Shown in pieces: positions 1 to 13,965 of a stretch of 64,000 nucleotides of DNA (position 1 is the first letter of the stretch; each line of letters opens with the position of its first letter). The notes beneath the pieces are model-generated. The model ran no database searches. It saw nothing but the letters and a program-made list of their open reading frames with translations, and was not told the DNA's origin. The translations under genes and the position numbers were made by a program. This stretch comes from Gnetum montanum (taxonomy: Eukaryota; Plantae; Gnetophyta). The DNA lies in assembly GCA_015680685.1 (NCBI GenBank), contig MNCI01000415.1:441086-505085 (forward strand). The letters are read 5' to 3'.

Positions 1-2700
1 TTTTTGGTTGCAATCATTAGGTCTCTAACTATCTTACAAACATGATCATGCCTCTTACAAGCCTCATTGAACAATTACTTATGTTGAATCTAGTTGTTTT
101 TAATTCACTATTCTAGAAGCTTAGAGGGCTTCATAGGAAACTTTGTGTACTTAGACCTATCTCTGCATTTGAAGTTGGGTCTTGGATGGTATGATGTGAA
201 TGGTTGTAATGAGTCAGCAAATGTGTTGCATGGCACTGATCCCCACCTTTTTGCTTACTTTATATCCTTGGATACTACAGCCATAGTTTTTAATTCTTAC
301 TTAGTTCTATCTCTATCCCTTCTTGCATGTTGGATTTTATAGGCCATGTAGGCAAGATCATTGTTAACTTTAGCGGCTTATCCTATGTTGTTGGTTTGTG
401 AAAAGGCTTGGCCCAACGACCAAGGTTATAGTTTTAACTTGATAAAGGAGTTAACTCCTTCCTTGAAGATGGCCAAGAGATGGGTTTCATAAATGGGCTC
501 GGGGATCTCATTGAGCATTGTGTTTCATCTTTGAATGAACCTTTGTATTGGTTCAAGTGGCCCCTACTTTACCTTCATAGGTTAATCCAATGTTGTATCA
601 AGCTTCAAGTTGTATCTAAAGTGGTTGAAAAATTGGTTTATGAGGTCTTCAAGGGAGGAAATAGAACCCATAGGTAAGCTTCAATACCAATCTAAAACCT
701 TTCCTTTTTCATAGTATCATATCTGGCCATGCTTGAAATAGGAGGCACCTAGATCAAAAGGTGATAAGGTGTGCATTTGGATCTCCTTCACCATTGTACC
801 TAGTGAAGTTTGGGATGGGCATATCTATAGGTAAGTTTACTTGTGGTATGGCAAGGCTAATAGGATCATCCTAGTAGAAGTCGATTATCTTAACCATCTA
901 AGTAGTAGAGGCTTTAAGCTTTTTTATCTCTTCAGTGAGGTCTTGGATCATCTAGAAGACTTGATCTAGACCTTGGGGCATTTCCATGGGTTGCAGGATT
1001 TGTATAGATGGTTCTAGAGAGAGTTGAGAAGCCTTGGACCATGCAATAGACATTGGTATTGACAACAAAGGTTGGGTGATCATGTGATCACTGTGGTAGG
1101 AGGGTTAAAGAAAGAGAAGGATGTTTGTGTTGGGACCTTATGGATGAAAGGGATAAAGGAGGTGTGCGAAGCTTGTGTGGCTTGAGGTCCCATAGAGGGA
1201 TCCACCAGTATAAAGAAAGGATGGTATGTAGTAGACACCATAGGTGACAATCAAACAAAACAAGTTTGTGTTACAAAAGGCATCAATGAGAATAGTGAGA
1301 TGAAATAAGACATAGGTTGGGATTGGTATGTGACAATTATAAGTATCAAACCACATACCATAGGGTGTGATGAGCGACGAGGTACCCCTATGCCCAACCA
1401 TACGAATACAAGCATTCACACACGATCCAGTCGAACTCTACAGACAGGCTAGTTGTGGTATCTAGATAGTTACACGTTGATCGCAGTTCGTTGTCTTCCC
1501 ACCTAGACTAGTATTTCTTTGTCACATATGGTTTAGTCCATAGTGAGGCATATGATGTGATCCTAAACTAATGCTACTCCTAGAGACAATGGAAGATAAT
1601 ATTAATTAAACTAATGAGCAATAGGAAATGAGTCTAAGCTAGCCTAAGTGAAATGAGCATCCGTCCCTTAATCATCCGTACACATCTTGGACTTCGTGCA
1701 TGACTACTACGGGGATTACCAAGCATAGATCCTAGGTATGCTACTGGGTTACCAAGTAGTCACACTTAAATGCTCATGATTAAGTCGTACTCATTCCGCA
1801 TTTAACAACAGGAATAGTAAATGACTATAAAGAAATATTAACTAAGAAAGCAATAAATAACAAAAATAATTAACAATTAAATTAAACAATTAAACTAAGT
1901 GAATGCTGCAATGATGAAGTAATCTCGATCTTTATTGCCAATCTTGTGCGTGTCCAAGTACATCATACTCAAATAAAGATTCCGTACAATTACAAGCATC
2001 ACACTGCAGGCACACACTGGGAAAATAATCTAACTTCTACGAAAACAAATTAAAAGAGTCTAGCTACAAATGGTAAAAAGATGCCTAAATGAGGTGGAAG
2101 GCCCTCTTATTTATAGGCTAGGATAGGCGGTTGAGTAAATAGGGCCTCGTCAATGCATTGACTTAATGACACTTGATCAGGGTGTAATGGGGATGATGTT
2201 ATTACCTAATTCATAGAGGATACCAGGGACGTGTAGTTAGTGATAATCATTTGAAGAGCCAACTGTTAGAAGAGGCTTTCAATAAAGATGTCTAGCTCCT
2301 ACTCTACCTCAAATTCATCTTGCTTCTCTTGGTTTACCTTTGAACTAATCTCCTCACTCCACTCATTGACTTCTATGAGTTGTATAAGCATGTGTGCATA
2401 GAATTCAGTAAGGGGATCTTGTCACAAGGGGATGAAATGTATTCTTTCCCATCTCGATGTATGATTTTGAACTAACACTTAGTGTCAAATTTAAAATATG
2501 GTATTAAGAGCCTAGCCTATATTTTGTCACAGAGAAAGTTATAAAACTTCTTATTAATCATAGAGAAATCTAGGTTCTTACCTCTCTGCCTAAGCGATTA
2601 TCTATGCTCAATCATAGTTGGGTATTTTAGGTCATATGTATGGACTCCATCCTGGTTTGGTGCCATGTAGGTAATGTTTAGTGGTAATATAGTTGATTGG
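1..2700 (-). pseudogene. gag: Degenerate Tat gag, interrupted by a solo LTR
   Basis: Manual translation aligns with element A gag at several points; many stops and frameshifts. Confidence 0.8.
1368..2179 (-). mobile_element. Solo LTR related to the Athila-like family of element B
   Basis: TG...CA ends (tgatgagc...tgatca), flanked by a perfect GGGTG duplication (1363-1367, 2180-2184). Start resembles the LTRs at 11295 and 17460. Confidence 0.85.
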
Positions 2701-2719
2701 AAAAAAGACATCAACAAAG

Positions 2720-3140
2720 TGTTAATGACACTTAGCTTACAAAGGTTGTAGCATCAATGAGGGTTGTAGGATTAATGAAAGTTATAGTGTCAATGAGAGT
2801 TATAGCGTCACTGATAGTTGTAGCATCAATGACAATTATAGCGTCGCTAATAGTTGTATAACATCAATGAAAATTATAGCATCACTAACACTTATGTAGC
2901 ACCAATGAAAATTATGTAGCCTTAATGACAGTTGCAGCATCAATGATAGTTGTGGCATCACTTATAGTTGCATAGTGTTAATGATAATTGCAACATTAAT
3001 GACAATTATGTAGTGTCAATGATAATTTTAGTGTCAATGATAGTTGTATAGTGTCAATGACAATTGCACAGCATCAATGAAAAGTGTAGCATCAATGAAA
3101 ATTGCAACGCTAATGAAAATTCTAACATCAATGATAGTTG
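2720..3140. repeat. Degenerate ~20-22 bp tandem array (gttgtagcatcaatgaYa) in the 5' UTR of the Tat remnant
   Basis: Roughly 20 visible copies of a tagcatcaatga-like unit. Confidence 0.85.
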
Positions 3141-3416
3141 AAATTTCCTAAGTTTTACCAATGCTAGGAAATTAGGAAGATGCTACTCTCTATCATAAAA
3201 AGAATAAAATGTAATTTTCTCCAAGTTTTCAGTTGCTCAAAGAAAATGGTAATGATGCTATGCTATAAACTACACTATAACCAGTGATAGAAAAAGGTAT
3301 GACTTGACCAAAATAACTAGTTGTAGAGTACACACTTAAATAGGTAAAAGCAAAAATAATTTTTTGGATTAAACTATTAAAAATATGAATAGGTTTAAAT
3401 GAAGAAGTTAGGTGGA

Positions 3417-3435
3417 GGCCCTCCTTCTAGCACCA
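3417..3435 (-). promoter_or_regulatory. Primer-binding site, tRNA-Asn type
   Basis: Reverse complement TGGTGCTAGAAGGAGGGCC, one mismatch from element A's PBS TGGCGCTAGAAGGAGGGCC. Confidence 0.85.
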
Positions 3436-4079
3436 AAAAATATAGTAATGGAAAAACTCAATGTTGGAGGGCTGAAGATCTTTGTCGGAATAGTTTAACT
3501 TGTAGATCAATAGGCCTTAAAAAGAATCTATGAACACCTCAAATGGTCCAATAGATTTCTTGAGGACTTGAACATCTATTACTGGGTGATATAAAAAGTG
3601 TGAGTAAATCGTTTCAAATTTAAGATACAATGTGAAAGACCAAAGCAGGAAACTAATAAAATAAAGGTGAAATAGCAAACTTTGATATTAATGTTGTAAA
3701 ATGAAACATTACAAGCAAAGGTTTAAGAGATACAAATTATGGGTTTTAGAAAACTCAAAGACATAGTAGCATCATTAAGCTCTGATACCATCACAGGACA
3801 ACGTATCTACATAGATCTGCTCCTTAGCTTTGCTTATCTACTATGGTAATCTGTGTTGTAAGAGAGAAATGGTGGTCATCATGGATTCTTTGGTGTCTGC
3901 ACTACTTAAAATTTTTAGGTTTGATGTGGATGCAAAATGCCAAATGTCCTTATGACAAAGTAGAATGTTGTTTAAATAGGTCTTAGTACTCTTTCTTATC
4001 ATTACTTAATTCTATCATGATTGTTGATAGATTTCTAATACCCTTTGTTGTACATGGAATACCATTGTATGTTGTCTAG

Positions 4080-4305
4080 TGTCAGCATCAGCATCGGTAC
4101 CATGAGGCCATGGTGCTAGCATCATTGTTAGCATTAGTGACACAAGGTAATGATGCTAGCATCATTGTTGATGACATGAGGTAACAATGATAGCGTCATT
4201 ATTAGTAACATAAGATAATGATGCTAGCACCCTTGTCAGTAACATGAAGTTATGATACTAGCATCATTATCGATAACATGAGGCCATGACGCTAGTGTCA
4301 TTGGG
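4080..4305. repeat. ~32-bp degenerate tandem repeat (catgaggYaatgatgctagcatcattgttag) inside the putative LTR
   Basis: About 6 visible units. Confidence 0.7.
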
Positions 4306-4447
4306 GAAATGAGGCAATTGTATCTATCTTTATTTTTGTTGCCAAGTTATAAAGAATTTTGGCCATGCATTACAATATGAATTTCTTTGGGATATTTTAA
4401 GCAAAATCCTCTATGTTTTTGGCTTGTGAGAGCTTGGCTAAGGCACC

Positions 4448-7375
4448 ACAAGCCTAAGTAATATAATTTGGACTTGATGAAGTCATTGACCAACTCCTTG
4501 AAGATGGTTAGAAGGTGGATTTCAAAGATAGGCTCAAAAATCCCATTAAGTAGAGCATTGCATCATTGGAGAAATTTTTGGATAGGTTCAAGTGGCCCCT
4601 ATTTAATTTTCATTACATGGTCTAGGGTGGTATCTGGTTTCATGTTGTACTTAAAACAATTCACAAATTTTGAAATCAAGTCCTCCAGTGAGGCAATAGA
4701 TCCTCTCAGCAACATGCAGTACTAGTCCAAGGATTTCCTAGTAAGGGACATAGGGAAGATTTTCATGATGGTATGTGGCCATGCTTGTAGCAACAAACAC
4801 TCAAAATGGAATCTAGTAAGGTATGCATTGGGATCATCCTTATTATTGTACTTGGTGAACTATGGTATTTAAATGCTCAAGGTAAGAGTGATTTGGGGGA
4901 TGGTTAGACTAATAGAATCATATTGGTAGAAGTCCATTATTTTAATTGTCTACATGGTTGAGACCTTGAGTTTACATAGCTCTTCTGTGGGGTCTTAAAT
5001 CATTTGGAAGGCTTGATCCAAGCATTGAGGCATCCTGGTGGATTGGGGATTTTGCATAGATGGTTAAGAAGGAAGTTGGAAGGTTGGTAGCCTCACGATG
5101 GGTAGTGGCAATGATAGAAGAGGTTATGTAATCATGGTTGTAGAGGGGTTGAATAGTGAGAATGAGACTTATACTAGTATTTATGGGACAAAGGGGGAAA
5201 TGGGATATGTGATGCTTGACTTACTTGGGGTTCCATTAAGGAGCCCACTAGGATGAAAAAGGGATGAGTCATGATAAACACCATGGATGATGGTCATGCA
5301 AAGTGAGTCTATGTTGTGAAAGACATGGAGGAGAATAGTGAGACTGATTAAGATAGGGGTTGTACCTAGTGAGTAGTTATGATGGGCATTGGCCCAAACA
5401 TGGAAGGTTAGACATGAAGAAAAGAGGGTTGAGAAACTTGCCCCATAGAAGATGCAAAACAAGCTAAACTAGGTGCAATGGATTGGGGAACCGATTATTA
5501 GAAAAGGCTCCTGATGAAGGCATAAAGTTCTGGTTTGGCCTCAAACTCATCATGCTCCTCATGATGACTTTTTGAGTTAACATCCTCACTTAATTCATCC
5601 ATATTTATTAGTTGGACTAATGTGCACATGTGGATTTTAGTTAATTTTATTGTGTCATAGGGTGAAGGGATGTACTCCTTCCTATTCCTATGAATTAACT
5701 CAAACTCATGCTTGGATTTAGATTCTACATGTGGGATGACAAGTTGGCTTGGACTTTAGTACATATAAAATTATAATATTCTTCATTTATTACTACAAAG
5801 TCTGGGCTTTAACCCCTCTACCTAACTAATTGCCTATGCTCAATCATAGCTGGGTTCTTATGATCGTATATGCACATTGCATCCTGATTTAAGGCCATAT
5901 CAGTCAAGTTGATGAAAAATACAATTGACTTGTAGAAAGGCATTAACCAGTTATTAAATTAAGTTTTGAATTAAAATTTCCAACTAGTGTAACTACCTAG
6001 TTTTGAATTATAAAACTAATGGAAACTAAAACTATAGGTGTAGTGCAAGTAACAATGACAATGCTATACATTACACTATAAAAATACATTAGTTTTTCGC
6101 TTTGGAGAAAGATATGTTGGGTTGTTTCCAATGATAAATACACTACTTTAGAAAAGATTGGCTTGCCTCTACCAAAAATACACTGGTATTTTTCCGTATG
6201 GAAAAAATATGTTGGTTATGATGTGTGAACAAGAGATATATTGGTTTATCCAAAAATACACTAGGGATTCTTGGGAAAGATATGCTAGTTTTACAAGAAA
6301 AATACATTGGTATTTTTGAAAAAAGATATGCTAGGCTTTTTTGGAAGAAATAATATGATTTTGAAAAATATGAAGGGCTTGCAGGAGAAGCCCTATGGAA
6401 AATTTTAAGTGGCTGCAAGTGGGTGGTGGTGGCAAAAATATGCTAGCCCTTGGAAAACCCAAAGGAAAATTTCAATGAGAAAAACTTGTAGTTTTCTTCA
6501 AGAAATATGTTGGCTTTCAAAATTCTAGCAACTATTGTGAAATTTTGAGAACACCCAAACTAGCTATAACAAATACGTTGGGTATGAATTGTAGGAGAAT
6601 CAATGACAGCATTGGTTTCTTGAGCAGAGTTTCAATGTAAATTCTAAAGGTTTAAACTTGTGAAAATTGATTTTAGAAAGGGCAAATTAGGATTGGATGA
6701 AGGCTCTCCTTCTAGTGCCAAAAATTGTAATACCAGAAAAATCCAATGATGGAAAACTAAAGATTTCCGATGAAATAGTTTATAATCTTGAATCCCATAG
6801 GCCTTGAGAAATGGATTCAAAGCACCCTAGAAAATCTTACCAATCACCCAAGGACTAAAAATTCATAAATAAATGCAAATAAATTTGATAAAAATTGTAG
6901 ATCTAATGCCAAAGAAAACACAAAAATAAACTTGAAAGTCATAAATAAGCTACAAATATTTTATTAAAATAATAAATGATGGTAGGAATAGAGTTTGAAA
7001 AAGTACAAGTTTATGTGTTTTTGAATGAACAAAGAACTACACAGAAGATGCTTGAAGCCTAACTAAAATTGCTAGAGTGTGTTATATAGTTAGCTCAATA
7101 GCCCAGATGCTCCAAAGTTCTCCCAAAGCTCTTTGCTCCTTCTCTAGTACTAAATCTGCTTTGTTGGTGTTGAAATGGTGTATGGTTATTTTCCTTTTGA
7201 TTAATATACAATGCTTTGAGAGTCTCTATGCTCAGCAAAATGCAAATTTTCCAAAAATTCCTTTAAATATGATCTTTGGTTTTTATAGGCCATTAGATTT
7301 TGGTATGTTGCTACAAATTTCTTCCATGATTGCTGATAGATTGCTATAAATTTTTTAACATTGCAAGCCATCAAC
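4448..7375 (-). mobile_element. Second decayed Tat-clade element (gag ~4450-5930, UTR, PBS 6702-6720, LTR from 6726); boundaries approximate
   Basis: Minus-strand FTKYNNKDDPNAYLTRFHFECLLLQAWPHTIMKIFPMSLT matches element A gag. PBS TGGCACTAGAAGGAGAGCC. Sequence after 6726 resembles that after 3441. Confidence 0.75.
6080..6600. repeat. Degenerate ~21-bp array (aaaatacactgg / aagatatgctag) in the 5' UTR; a similar array lies at ~7420-7620
   Basis: Repeated aaRatayRYtRg units. Confidence 0.65.
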
Positions 7376-8905
7376 CCTAGCATATTTATCAATTTTGGTA
7401 AGTTTGATGCATGAATGCCATTAAAGATACACTAAGTTCCACAAAAATATGTTGGGTTCACCAAAGATACACTAGCTTCACCAGAAGTACTCTAGCCTGG
7501 ACAAAGATACCTTGACTTTACCATAAGTACATTGGCCTTGATAAAGATACACTGAATCCCATAGAAAATACATTGGCCTCACCATAGAAATCAAAGTACA
7601 ACAATTTATACACTAGCTATATGGAATCCCAACATATAAAGTACTTTGATCAGCAATAAAAGCATAAAAACCCCAAATTTGATGATTTGCAAGGAATTTT
7701 CAACATTCCTAAGCCTAGATACATGCCCAATATAACCTTTTCCACTTGGAAAGTGAGATAATAACAACTTATGAAGCCTTTTCTAGCCTCAATAAGTTAA
7801 AGTATGTGAGATTGTAGCCTGTGAATTACAAACTTCACATTTTACAATAAGATCCTATCTCAAACTCAATGGTGAAGTTTTTACAATGCAAATGCTAGGA
7901 GAATAAGTTGTACCATGAATTTTATTTGTGGTGTTTCATATATATTTTTATTTTCTTTTTCTTTCTATTCATTTTCAATTTTCTTACTATGCCATCCAAG
8001 AAGTTTCCTTTATGTTTATTTCTTTACATTTTTAAGATATTATGTTAATAAATCATAGGATAATTAACAAAATTTATTTTATACATTACATATTATATCT
8101 AATTAGACACTATTTGGAGAGAAAGTAATTAAATATTTATGTACTCTTCTTGAAGTACTTGTGCATAGGTGTTAGTGGTTGAGATCCCTACTATGGTACT
8201 TGCATAATGGATACTAGGCTCTGGATATTTAGACTTTACTTCTCTACTAGATAATGTTGAGAGTATATAAAATCCTTGGTATTATTACCATTGATCTACT
8301 CTCCAAGCTAATTATGAATTCTAATAAATAATAAAATTTCATTTAATTAACCTAGGTCTAGGAATCAACCTAGCTTAATTAGAGATGTAGGTATATCATT
8401 GAAAATGTTAGAGGAAGAAAATTATAACCAACTTGGAAGTGTAGCCATGATCAAGTTAGGGAAAAAATTCATTAGAAGTAATGCATCTTAGGTCCTTAAA
8501 ACATAGGAAAGCTAGAAATCTCTAGGTTGTAAGTCATCATCCCAATAAAATAAGCAAACTTTGTGAGGAAAGTTTCGTCCAAGTGATCCTAGGATGAACC
8601 CTCCTAACTGAGTTATAAGTGGAGCATTAATTTAATAAATATTTAGCACTTGAGAATGTATAATATAAAAATTATTAATTAATAAATTAAGACTTTCAAT
8701 TAAGAAAATAGATTTTAAATAACAGTGATGTTGATAGTTATCATGGTTGATGATGATAAGTGATAAAATTTTAGAACTATCTCACAAGACATTGCTTAAG
8801 TAATATCAAGATAAAAATATCAATAAAAAAACCCTTAGGGTTTAAGGCACAATTTTATAGACATCATACTAGTGATGTTAAATGATATATCATCTCACCA
8901 AATTT

Positions 8906-10043
8906 TGTTAACCTTTTGGTATGTCAAAACCTTATAGAAAATGAAGAATGTAGAATGTGTGTTTATGATTGTACTCTTGTAGGACCATGAAAGAGTAAAG
9001 AGTTCAAAATGAGAACCAAGACTTCAAAAATGAGATCTAATCTAGAATAAGATCTATGTTGAGATGTTGAAATGCAATTTGAGTGGACAAGGCAAGAACA
9101 TGGATGGAAATGAAGTCTACAAGCTGAATGAAGATGTTCTGAAGAATGCTAGGATGCTAAAGTGTTAAAGAAATACCTTAAGAACCAAACTTGATTTGCA
9201 TGATGGACATCTACAATTGATAACAACATTCCATTTGAGATAAAAACATCCAAGGATAAATGTCTACATGTTGACATCCACATTTTCATGTAGACATTCA
9301 TCTTGAGTTGAGGCTGATTACATATAGACATGTCTACTTCAAAGTAGAAATCCAAACTAGTCATTTAATAGTCGTTGCATGAATTTCAAGGAGTTTTTGA
9401 AAACTTAAAGGGTATAAGACTAAGTGGAATTCTTGGAAAATGTGCAAGTACTATTTATTAAAAGATCTATCCTTGACTACTAAAAGAGATTTTTTTTTTG
9501 TTTCTTATTGATTCATCATTTGTATGTATTATGTGAAGTGAGCTTCAATTGCAAGGACTATGTAAATCAAGTTATACTCTCTCCTTGATATTTTTCTTTC
9601 TTTCTTTGTAGCCCTATCGGATTGATGTGCCTCTTTCAAGCAGGCATCTTCATTGATCTTATCAAGACGTTGCAAGGTTGAGTGGTTTTATAGGGACAAA
9701 ATACTTAAGTGTAGAGCTCATGTTTGTAAAGGTTGTGGCATCCTCTAAACAACATTTTGAGCTTGTTGGAACCTTATAGAGTTGAGTGGTTTTACAAGAA
9801 AAAACACTCCAGATCATAGCTTAAATCTTGTAAAGATTATGGTGTTGTTCAAATCACATTTTTGAAGCAACAAATTTTGAAGGTGTGCATGGATTTTGCC
9901 CTCCAAGTGTGAAGCACCCAAGTTGGGGAACCATGTAAAATATCGTGTTTGATTTTAGTAGCTATAATGATTTTAATTGGAAAACTTATTCAATGTCCTC
10001 TCCCTTCCCCCCTCCCCCCACCTTTCTAAGTTCTTGATCCACA
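8906..10043 (+). repeat. 5' LTR of element C
   Basis: TG...CA; reverse-complement homologue of the LTRs at 42946-44016 and 48281-49359. Confidence 0.85.
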
Positions 10044-10099
10044 AGTGGTATTGAAGCCTAATACTTTCAAGTTTGTGCTTCACATCTTAAGAGTAAATG

Positions 10100-11294
10100 A
10101 TGGAAGGGACATCTTACATCAATCTACTAATGTTTGATGAGATTGACATCACATATTAGAAAGCAAGAATTCAAGAATTATTTGAATCCATGGAATTTAA
10201 AGTTTGGAAGTCAATTCTTGAAGACTACACACTATGCATTAACAACACCATAAGAGCACTCAAGCCACGAAGAAAATGGACTTCGATGAAAATGATAAGT
10301 TCATGTTTAAGCCAAAAGCTAAAAATTATCTATATTATGCATTGAACGAATCCAAATTTAATAGAATATTTGGGTGCAAAACCACAAAGGAAATTTGGAA
10401 AACTTTAGAGACAATTTGAGGGTACATCTAATGTCAAGAAATCAAAGCTTTAAGTGTTGCAAAGCAAATATGACAAGCTTAAAATGAAAGAAGTAAAAAT
10501 CAAAGATTATTTCTCTAGAGCTAATGCCTTAGTAGTAGACATACGTAGGATGGTCAAAGACTTGCCAAAGAGTGATGTGATCATAAAAATGATTAGAGCT
10601 TTGTAGCCTGAGATCAGACCAAAAGTCACAACCATTGAAGAAATTAGAGATTTCTTAGTGCTAATATTTAAAGAGATTTAAAGTGCTCTTAGTGCTTATG
10701 AGATGAATCTCATAAGTGGAGTAATAAATGAAAAGCCCATCACCCTCAAATATTCATCAAAGAAGAAGAAGATGGTTGAACAAGAAACAAACAGTGAAGA
10801 TGAACTAGCCCTCCTATCAAGGAGCATTCAAAGACTTCTTATTAGAAAAGGAAGATGCTTTAATCAACCAGGGCACAATCAATTCAGCAAAAAAGGTAGA
10901 GAAAAGGGTAATAATTTTAAAAATTTAAATTTTGATGCATTTCTTATAGAATGTTGGATTTGTGGTGGAAGAGGCCATGTGGCCTTTGAATGTTCTAGTG
11001 CTAGCAAGATTCAAAAATGAGATGAATCTAAGCTGAGTCCAAAAAGAACTTCTTCACTAATTCGGATGAAGAACAAAGTGAAGAGGAAGTAGAAACCACA
11101 AAATATTCACATCTCATTTACATGGCTCTTATGAAGTATGATGACAAAAAAACTAAAGATGATGATCAAATAATAGAAATAGATGAAGAAAGGTATGATC
11201 TATTATGTAATAAACTTTTGTCCTTTCAAAGTCTTAGTATCAAACTAAAGAAGGCTCTAAAAGATAGGGATCAAGAATTATCTTAAATCAACAT
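10100..11294 (+). pseudogene. gag: Copia/Sirevirus gag, N-terminal part (continues at 18375-19045)
   Basis: MEGTSYIN...FD...KARIQ...VWKSIL N-terminus and CWICGGRGHVAFEC knuckle. After the insertion: coiled coil, DKSGL, CYYCCKIGH and WRIK motifs. Confidence 0.85.
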
Positions 11295-11969
11295 TGATGA
11301 GTGGCAAGATACCCCTACACTCAACCATATGAATACGAGCATAGCACATGCAATCTGGTCAAACTCCACAAACTAAGTGCCTACACACCCCATGGAACAC
11401 TCAGGGTTAATTATTCGTTGTCTTCCCAGACTTACTTGTAGTTGTCATGGTGTGTGGTTAAGTAAGTCCGAGGTATATGATTTTTATGGTTTTTATGTTT
11501 TATCTCCTATGCTATTGAGTTGAAGGGTTGAGAAACTAATTAGTAACTCTAAATAATGAACTAAGTCTAAATTACCTAGCGTCAGCATCCGTTCCCACTT
11601 ACCGTACACACCCTGAACCGATGCAACCGTGGCTACCAAACGCTAATCATTGCTAGGATCACCACGCGTAACACACATGCTCGAAGTGGTTGTACTAAGG
11701 CACTTAACTAGGAAGAAAGGGTTGAGAAAATCTAATCTAGCCTAAGTGCGATGAGCATCCGTTCCTTGATTATCTGTACACATCTTTAAATGCTCNTTTC
11801 CCTACTTCTAGCCTAGGATGATGAAACAAGGGAGAGCCACCTCTTATTTATAGATATGATGGTGCACCGTGATATCATGTACGTGATATCGTAGGGGACA
11901 ACGCGATATCGCATGGGATGCGATATCCCGGCAACCACAATATCGTGTACGCAATATTGCATCTCATCA
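11295..11969 (-). repeat. 3' LTR of element B (a single N replaces ~240 bp)
   Basis: Direct repeat of 17460-18374. Confidence 0.9.
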
Positions 11970-13789
11970 TACCCCTATGTCTAAATGAAAACTAGTCCTC
12001 GAGTTCCTTACAAAATATTGGGAAGGTATGAGATTATTGACTGAATGGAACTAATGGGATAACTTGTAAATGGATCATCATTACAAGACTTGACAAAATT
12101 GGTGTTCATGACAACAAGGATGAACACCTTATCACATTGACATTAGGCCTTATTTGGCAGCTTGAGAAAGAGAAAGAGAAAGAAGTGTTACTGCTGCCAA
12201 TGCCAAGATTGTGCCTTTCGTTATTCATCCATAAGTGCACCATTGATCTTGCTCCTTGCATAGCTACTTCAGCGTCGCTCCAGTCCAAGTGTTTGCTCGA
12301 GATCCAATCCATTATTGTATGATTGCCATCTGCACACACAACACAATCTTATATTAACAAGGGTAAATGAATCATCATGTAATTAATACCTTGCTTCAAT
12401 GTAAGTCCATTGGCTAGGTTGTGGTATGACTGATTACGAATCTGGAGATGTATTAATGATGACTACCGAAGGTGTAGGGGTTAGGAAAAAAATTGAAAAA
12501 ATTTGAGGCTAAGAGAAAATCGAAAAAATCGGGCCCCGTACCCCCATGACTAATCGTGAACCTCCAGTAGTGAGAGAATTGAAAAAGAAAGAGGAACAAG
12601 AAAGATGAGGAAAAAAAAGACAACTATAGCATTGATGAAATGGATTTCAAGATGGAAATGAAAAAAATAAAATTAATTGCAAAATGTTAAGGGAAAAGAA
12701 GTTAACTGATGCACCAAATAAGAATGTCAGTGGGTCCTCCCCAAAGTAGGCTCATGCCCTTAATGCCCTGACAATCCCACATTCAAAGAGTTCATAGGCT
12801 CTGGAAATGTCCTTTGGAACAAGAATTAAAGTCTTAACCATAAGAATTTACCAAAAAGAAAACAATGTATCTACTAAAATATACACTAATGATACAACTG
12901 ACAATGAGGTGAATAATGGAGAGAAGGATGGAGAGAAGAGAATGGAATGGAATCCCAAGAATAAGGTGGTGTACAACCCCGTATGTGTTTCATGATTAAT
13001 GTGACTTGGCAAATCTCATTCCAACTCTGGCCTCAAACCAACTACATCTAGTGACTTCGCATCAATGCATCCGGTTAATCCATCCCCTTGAATAATAAAA
13101 ATTCTTCCCCCAAGAGTCACCACCATTTTGACGAAATGATGAGAGAATGGGAAGCGAGAAGGACCTTAGTTAGAGGGAACATTTTTTAGTTCCATAACTA
13201 GTGCTTGTAGCCCAAGGAATTATTTTTTCTAAGGGGTGTGCTTTGAATTCTCACTTTTCTTTTTCTCTCTTTTATTTTCCTTTTTTTTTTGTTTTTGTTT
13301 TGTGTTTTTATGCGTGAGAACCACACCATGCAAAGACTTTGTTATTTTTATTGTCTTAGCTTCCGATAATTGGGTAACATCAAAAAAATGAAAAAACCTA
13401 AGAAGAAAACATCCAAGCACCCAAGATAATGGCCAACACAAATGCATCAAGTTCCCTTGAAGTCACACCCTTTTCAACCTTGAGTTCTTCCTTGGTTTGA
13501 GAAATGCCCAGTCACCGATTTGTTAAAGTTCTTATTAGAAAAGGACTGTACATTCCCAAGTGAAGAGAGACCATAGAAACTGGTGGATGGATGGATGAAG
13601 TGAACTCATTACCTTCCATATCAAAAGAAACATACCTTAGTATCAACATCGTGACTTAAAGGTAAAAACCAAACATTAGCAATCAACATGAAAATAGTTC
13701 ATACCATCACGAAGAACACTTATTGGGTGACAAACTTATAGGGTGGATCACACACACACACACATACAAAATGGAAAAGTATAACAATA

Positions 13790-13965
13790 TTGTAAAACAA
13801 AAATAAGAAGAGTTAAAGAAAGTTGTAAAATAAAAACAAGAAAAGTTAAAGAAATTTGTAAAACAAAAATATGTAAAACAAAAACATGTAAAAAAAATGT
13901 GTAAAACAAAAATTTGTAAAAAAAAAATGTTGTAAAACAAAAACATGTAAAACAAAAACTTAAAA
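13790..13965. repeat. Tandem (tgtaaaacaaaa)n-like array in the 3' region of element B
   Basis: Visible repeated unit; source of spurious ORFs 13707-14087 and 13748-13993. Confidence 0.85.

Larger units (their letters stand above)
1..4447 (-). mobile_element. Decayed Tat-clade Ty3/gypsy element (5' part: LTR, PBS, UTR, gag), related to element A; right boundary approximate
   Basis: Minus-strand gag peptides match element A (PRPNFKCRDRSKY vs PKPNFECKDRSKY; NFTRYNGEGDPNAHLITF vs HFTKYNGEGDPNAHLVTF). tRNA-Asn-type PBS at 3417-3435, with LTR-like sequence beyond it. Confidence 0.75.

Noticed and set aside
3779-3790. GCTCTGATACCA (Met-PBS reverse complement); a similar motif lies at 42807-42818
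   Set aside because: No associated LTR pair or coding region could be delimited; left uncalled.
12740-13160. Possible Athila env-like transmembrane remnant on the minus strand
   Set aside because: Only a hydrophobic stretch with stops; insufficient support.
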